DNA of 64,000 nucleotides from Promethearchaeota archaeon (GTDB lineage Archaea; Asgardarchaeota; Lokiarchaeia; Sigyniarchaeales; SOKP01): NCBI GenBank assembly GCA_048938895.1, contig JBHLLU010000018.1, positions 11,282 to 75,281 of the forward strand, read 5' to 3'. Shown piece by piece: positions 60,847 to 64,000 of this stretch (position 1 is its first letter; each line of letters starts with the position of its first letter). The notes under the pieces were generated by a model. It saw only the letters and a program-made list of their open reading frames with translations, ran no database searches and was not told where the DNA came from. The position numbers and the translations under genes were made by a program.

Positions 60847-60852
60847 GCTTTA

Positions 60853-61227
60853 TCACTCTTTTAGCAATTTCTTTACACTCTTAATTGTTTCTTCAATCTC
60901 TATAAAAATGAGACCCAAATTTGTATTAAGATTTATTAGCGAAACCATAATTCTTTGATCATCTATAACCATAATGATAAGCTGAAAATCATTAAATTCT
61001 ACAGTGAGATTATTTATTAAATTACTTCCTAAATTAGATACAGCTGTCTCAGTAGCACCAAACATTGTAGCTGCCATTGCGCAAAATTTTCGATCATCAA
61101 TATCTCTTGGTAATCTTGAAGCAATTAGCAAACCATTGCGATTAACAATAGCCGCTCCAATCATATCACTTATATCTTCCAACTTTTCTAATTCATTGTT
61201 GAGATCTTGAATTTTTAAGTTATTCAT
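60853..61227 (-). CDS. Roadblock/LC7 domain protein
   Basis: AAIVNRNGLLIAS..AMAATMFGA..NLGLIF signature. Confidence 0.92.
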   Translation of the reverse strand: MNNLKIQDLNNELEKLEDISDMIGAAIVNRNGLLIASRLPRDIDDRKFCAMAATMFGATETAVSNLGSNLINNLTVEFNDFQLIIMVIDDQRIMVSLINLNTNLGLIFIEIEETIKSVKKLLKE

Positions 61228-61505
61228 GTCAATTCAAAATTCGGTTTCACATTAAGTTCAAATAAGATATGAACCATATAAAGATATCTATTTAAAAATT
61301 GTACATTGGAGGGTATTTATCTATATATCTATTACAAGAGTAATATTTTCAAGAAAAGAATCATCAATTATAGAATTTAATATAAAAAAATTAGTCATTA
61401 GATTAGAACAAGTTTATCTCAAAGTGTTAAGTAATTGGGATGGTGAGCTTGAGACATTCAATCCAATTAAAGATATCTTAGGAGAAATTTTTTCTGAATA
61501 AAAAT

Positions 61506-61727
61506 TCAGACTTTTACTTTTTTCTTATTACTGTAAAATGATTTTTGACCATTAAAAGGTGAAGTTCTATTTCTCCATCCTGGTTGTCTGAGTTTGGCAG
61601 TTTTTCCAAAACCGCAATAAGCACAATATCTTTTCCTTCGATGATAAGAGTGCCTTCCGCATCTTCTACATGTCTTATGACTAGCTGCTTTATTTTTCTT
61701 TCCTTTACTCGGTGTACCCTTTCCCAT
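61506..61727 (-). CDS. rpl37e: 50S ribosomal protein L37e
   Basis: [32 protein letters not shown]. Confidence 0.97.
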   Translation of the reverse strand: MGKGTPSKGKKNKAASHKTCRRCGRHSYHRRKRYCAYCGFGKTAKLRQPGWRNRTSPFNGQKSFYSNKKKVKV

Positions 61728-61732
61728 TATAT

Positions 61733-62041
61733 TTACACCTCTTCGACTTCTTCACGATGCATTAACTCTTCCTCTGAATCCCCTGAAAAAACTAATCTTT
61801 CACGATCCTGACCTATAAAGATAACACTCGCGCCTCGTATCATGACTGTTCCAAGGTCTTTGCTCCTCTTTCCTCCGCGACCGAAGTATATCTCTTTAGC
61901 ATCTTTTACAATTAAATTCATATAATTATCGAATTTTACAAGCTTTCCCGTTAAATAAGTATTCCAAATCTTTAGCTTAATATTCACTTCTGGCTTTAAA
62001 ATTGCTTTTGATAAAGTCCTGTGTATAGTCTGTTGTGACAT
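61733..62041 (-). CDS. Sm/LSm-like protein (SmAP1)
   Basis: Sm1 [12 protein letters not shown] and Sm2 LGTVMIRG motifs; conserved position upstream of rpl37e. Confidence 0.92.
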   Translation of the reverse strand: MSQQTIHRTLSKAILKPEVNIKLKIWNTYLTGKLVKFDNYMNLIVKDAKEIYFGRGGKRSKDLGTVMIRGASVIFIGQDRERLVFSGDSEEELMHREEVEEV

Positions 62042-62156
62042 ATAAATAAAATCTTAATGAAATAATTCTACGTTATGTTTTTAATTACAGAATCAAATAA
62101 ATATTTTTTTAAATATTTAAGAATTTTAAAGAACTATTATTAGAATAGGGATATAA

Positions 62157-63194
62157 ATGAATAAGATTGCATATTTTGACGCAGCTATTGAGACGCCTAT
62201 TGAAATAATCATTGCCGCTGGCATGGTTCCAGTTAGACTTTTTGGCAATCCAAAAATAGGAATAGATAAAGCTAATGAGCATATACCTCCAACTCATTGT
62301 GTTTGGGCAAGAAATATTCTTGAACAAGCGATAAATGGGCTGGATAAAGATATTAAAGGAGTGATTACAACTCATGGATGTGATTGTACAAATCGTGAAT
62401 TCGATATTTGGCTGGAATGTGTTAAGTTGCCATTTTTATTCTTTTTAAATGCACCTTTGAAGCGGGATAAGAGTGCCCTAAACTTCTTTGTAAATGATAT
62501 AAAGGAACTTATTACCCAATTGGAAGAACATTTCAATATCAAAATAAGTTCTGAAAAAATTTCTGCTGCAATAAAGAAAACCAACAAAATTAGAGCACTT
62601 TTAAGAGAACTTTCAGATTTTCGAGCTGAGATGAAATTAAAGGGTTCTGAATTTCACGCTTTGGTAAAAAAAATAGAACAATCAGAAGAAGAAGATCTAG
62701 TCAAATATCTTGAAACAAAATTAACCGAAATTAATGCAAGAGCTCCTTTTACTAAGAATAATCATAAGAACATTTTACTTACAGGTTCAGTAATAGATGA
62801 TACAGAATTCATTAAATTTCTAGAAGGAGTTGGTTTTCATATTATAATTGATGATTTAGATATAGGAACAAAATATTTTTGGACAAATATAAAAGAAAAT
62901 GGAGATCCCCTTGAGGCAATAGCTAATTATCACCTAAACAAACCAATTTATTCCACTAAATTCCCTTCGTATACAAGATTTGAAGTAATTAAGAAATTAG
63001 CACAAACTTATAATGTAGAAGGTGTTATCAATGTCGCTCAAAAATTTTGTGAGCCCGTTTTATATACTCATCCATATTTTAATAAAAAGTTTAAAGAACT
63101 AGAAATTCCATACCTTTTTATAGAAATGGAATACAATAGAGAATCTTATAAACAATTAACAACCAGATTTGAGGCATTTAGAGAAATAATTTAA
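62157..63194 (+). CDS. 2-hydroxyacyl-CoA dehydratase family subunit (HgdB/FldC-like)
   Basis: PIEIIIAAG, THGCD, KFCEP and TRFEAFRE motifs. Confidence 0.92.
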   Translation: MNKIAYFDAAIETPIEIIIAAGMVPVRLFGNPKIGIDKANEHIPPTHCVWARNILEQAINGLDKDIKGVITTHGCDCTNREFDIWLECVKLPFLFFLNAPLKRDKSALNFFVNDIKELITQLEEHFNIKISSEKISAAIKKTNKIRALLRELSDFRAEMKLKGSEFHALVKKIEQSEEEDLVKYLETKLTEINARAPFTKNNHKNILLTGSVIDDTEFIKFLEGVGFHIIIDDLDIGTKYFWTNIKENGDPLEAIANYHLNKPIYSTKFPSYTRFEVIKKLAQTYNVEGVINVAQKFCEPVLYTHPYFNKKFKELEIPYLFIEMEYNRESYKQLTTRFEAFREII

Positions 63195-63209
63195 TAGAGG
63201 ATTATAAAT

Positions 63210-64000
63210 ATGTCAAAAATGAAAAAAACCGGGAAGATGTTAAACGCAACTAATAAACTAAGAAACGAGATGGGAAGACATTTTTTAGCAATTGAACAAG
63301 CATATCGAGATGGAAAACCAACTGCTTGGGCAACTGCAGGTACTCCTGTTGAACTTCTATATACAATGGGTATTCAACCAATGCTTCCAGAAAATTCTGC
63401 TACAATCTCTGCAGCAATGAAAAAATCCCAAAATTTTATTGAACTTGCCGAAGATCAAGGATTTTCATATGATTTATGTTCTTATTTCAAAACAAATGTC
63501 GGTGCTGTGCTTAGCAATGCCGAAATGAGTGAAGGTGGTACAAGAAAACCAACATTCATGCTTTCAAGTGATGTAATATGTGACACACATGTTAATTGGT
63601 TTCAAGTACAATCTGAAAGAATGGGTGGGGTACCTCACTTTACCATCGATGTTCCCCATGTAGTCAGTAATACCAATAATAGACAACGAGAATACTTTAA
63701 AAATTATATCAAAGAGCAACTTTGGGAATTATTAGAATTTATAACTGAGGTCACTGGAAATGAATATGATGAAGAAAAGGCACGAGAAGTGGCTCAGAAT
63801 TCATATGAAATGGGAAAGATATGGCAGGAAGTTTTTGAATTAAGAAAGAATGTACCTTGCCCAGTTTCAACAAGAGATACATTTGGTGGACTCTTCCCAT
63901 TGTTCACAATGACAGGGTTGAGATCACCTATAAAACTTTATAAAAGAATGTATAGGGAAGCGAAGGAGCGTGTAGATCATGGTATTGGTGCTCTAGAAAA
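63210..64000 (+). CDS. 2-hydroxyacyl-CoA dehydratase family subunit (HgdA/FldB-like), partial
   Basis: Read manually from ATG 63210: MSKMKK...PVELLYTMGIQPMLPEN...DLCSYFK...ICDTHVNWF; open to the window end. Confidence 0.88.
   Translation, partial: MSKMKKTGKMLNATNKLRNEMGRHFLAIEQAYRDGKPTAWATAGTPVELLYTMGIQPMLPENSATISAAMKKSQNFIELAEDQGFSYDLCSYFKTNVGAVLSNAEMSEGGTRKPTFMLSSDVICDTHVNWFQVQSERMGGVPHFTIDVPHVVSNTNNRQREYFKNYIKEQLWELLEFITEVTGNEYDEEKAREVAQNSYEMGKIWQEVFELRKNVPCPVSTRDTFGGLFPLFTMTGLRSPIKLYKRMYREAKERVDHGIGALE

Overview
AT-rich, gene-dense archaeal chromosome segment, almost certainly Asgard (Lokiarchaeia/Promethearchaeota). This rests on eukaryotic signature proteins (actin-family protein, two Rab-like small GTPases, roadblock and longin-like proteins, a ubiquitin-like protein ending GG-A), Loki-type LRR proteins, a VPGY-type C-terminal sorting signal, the archaeal Sm-rpl37e pair and a PINA ATPase/EndA pair. 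About 60 CDS are present, including housekeeping guaB, purH, folD, nadA and ggt. I saw no rRNA, tRNA, CRISPR array or transposase. Most notable: (1) a gamma-carbonic anhydrase gene split by a 31-nt structured insertion that folds like an archaeal bulge-helix-bulge/loop intron, in a genome with an apparently non-catalytic EndA beta subunit; (2) a CorA-like 2-TM protein fused to an ADP-ribose-type NUDIX domain next to nadA; (3) an actin with a zinc-ribbon insertion; (4) a HEAT + UFL1/PCI-like winged-helix protein; (5) an FG-GAP surface protein with putative pore-forming hairpins behind a 43-bp tandem repeat and mini-ORF chain; (6) several genes apparently starting at ATA/ATT. All calls come from reading motifs by eye, without database searches.
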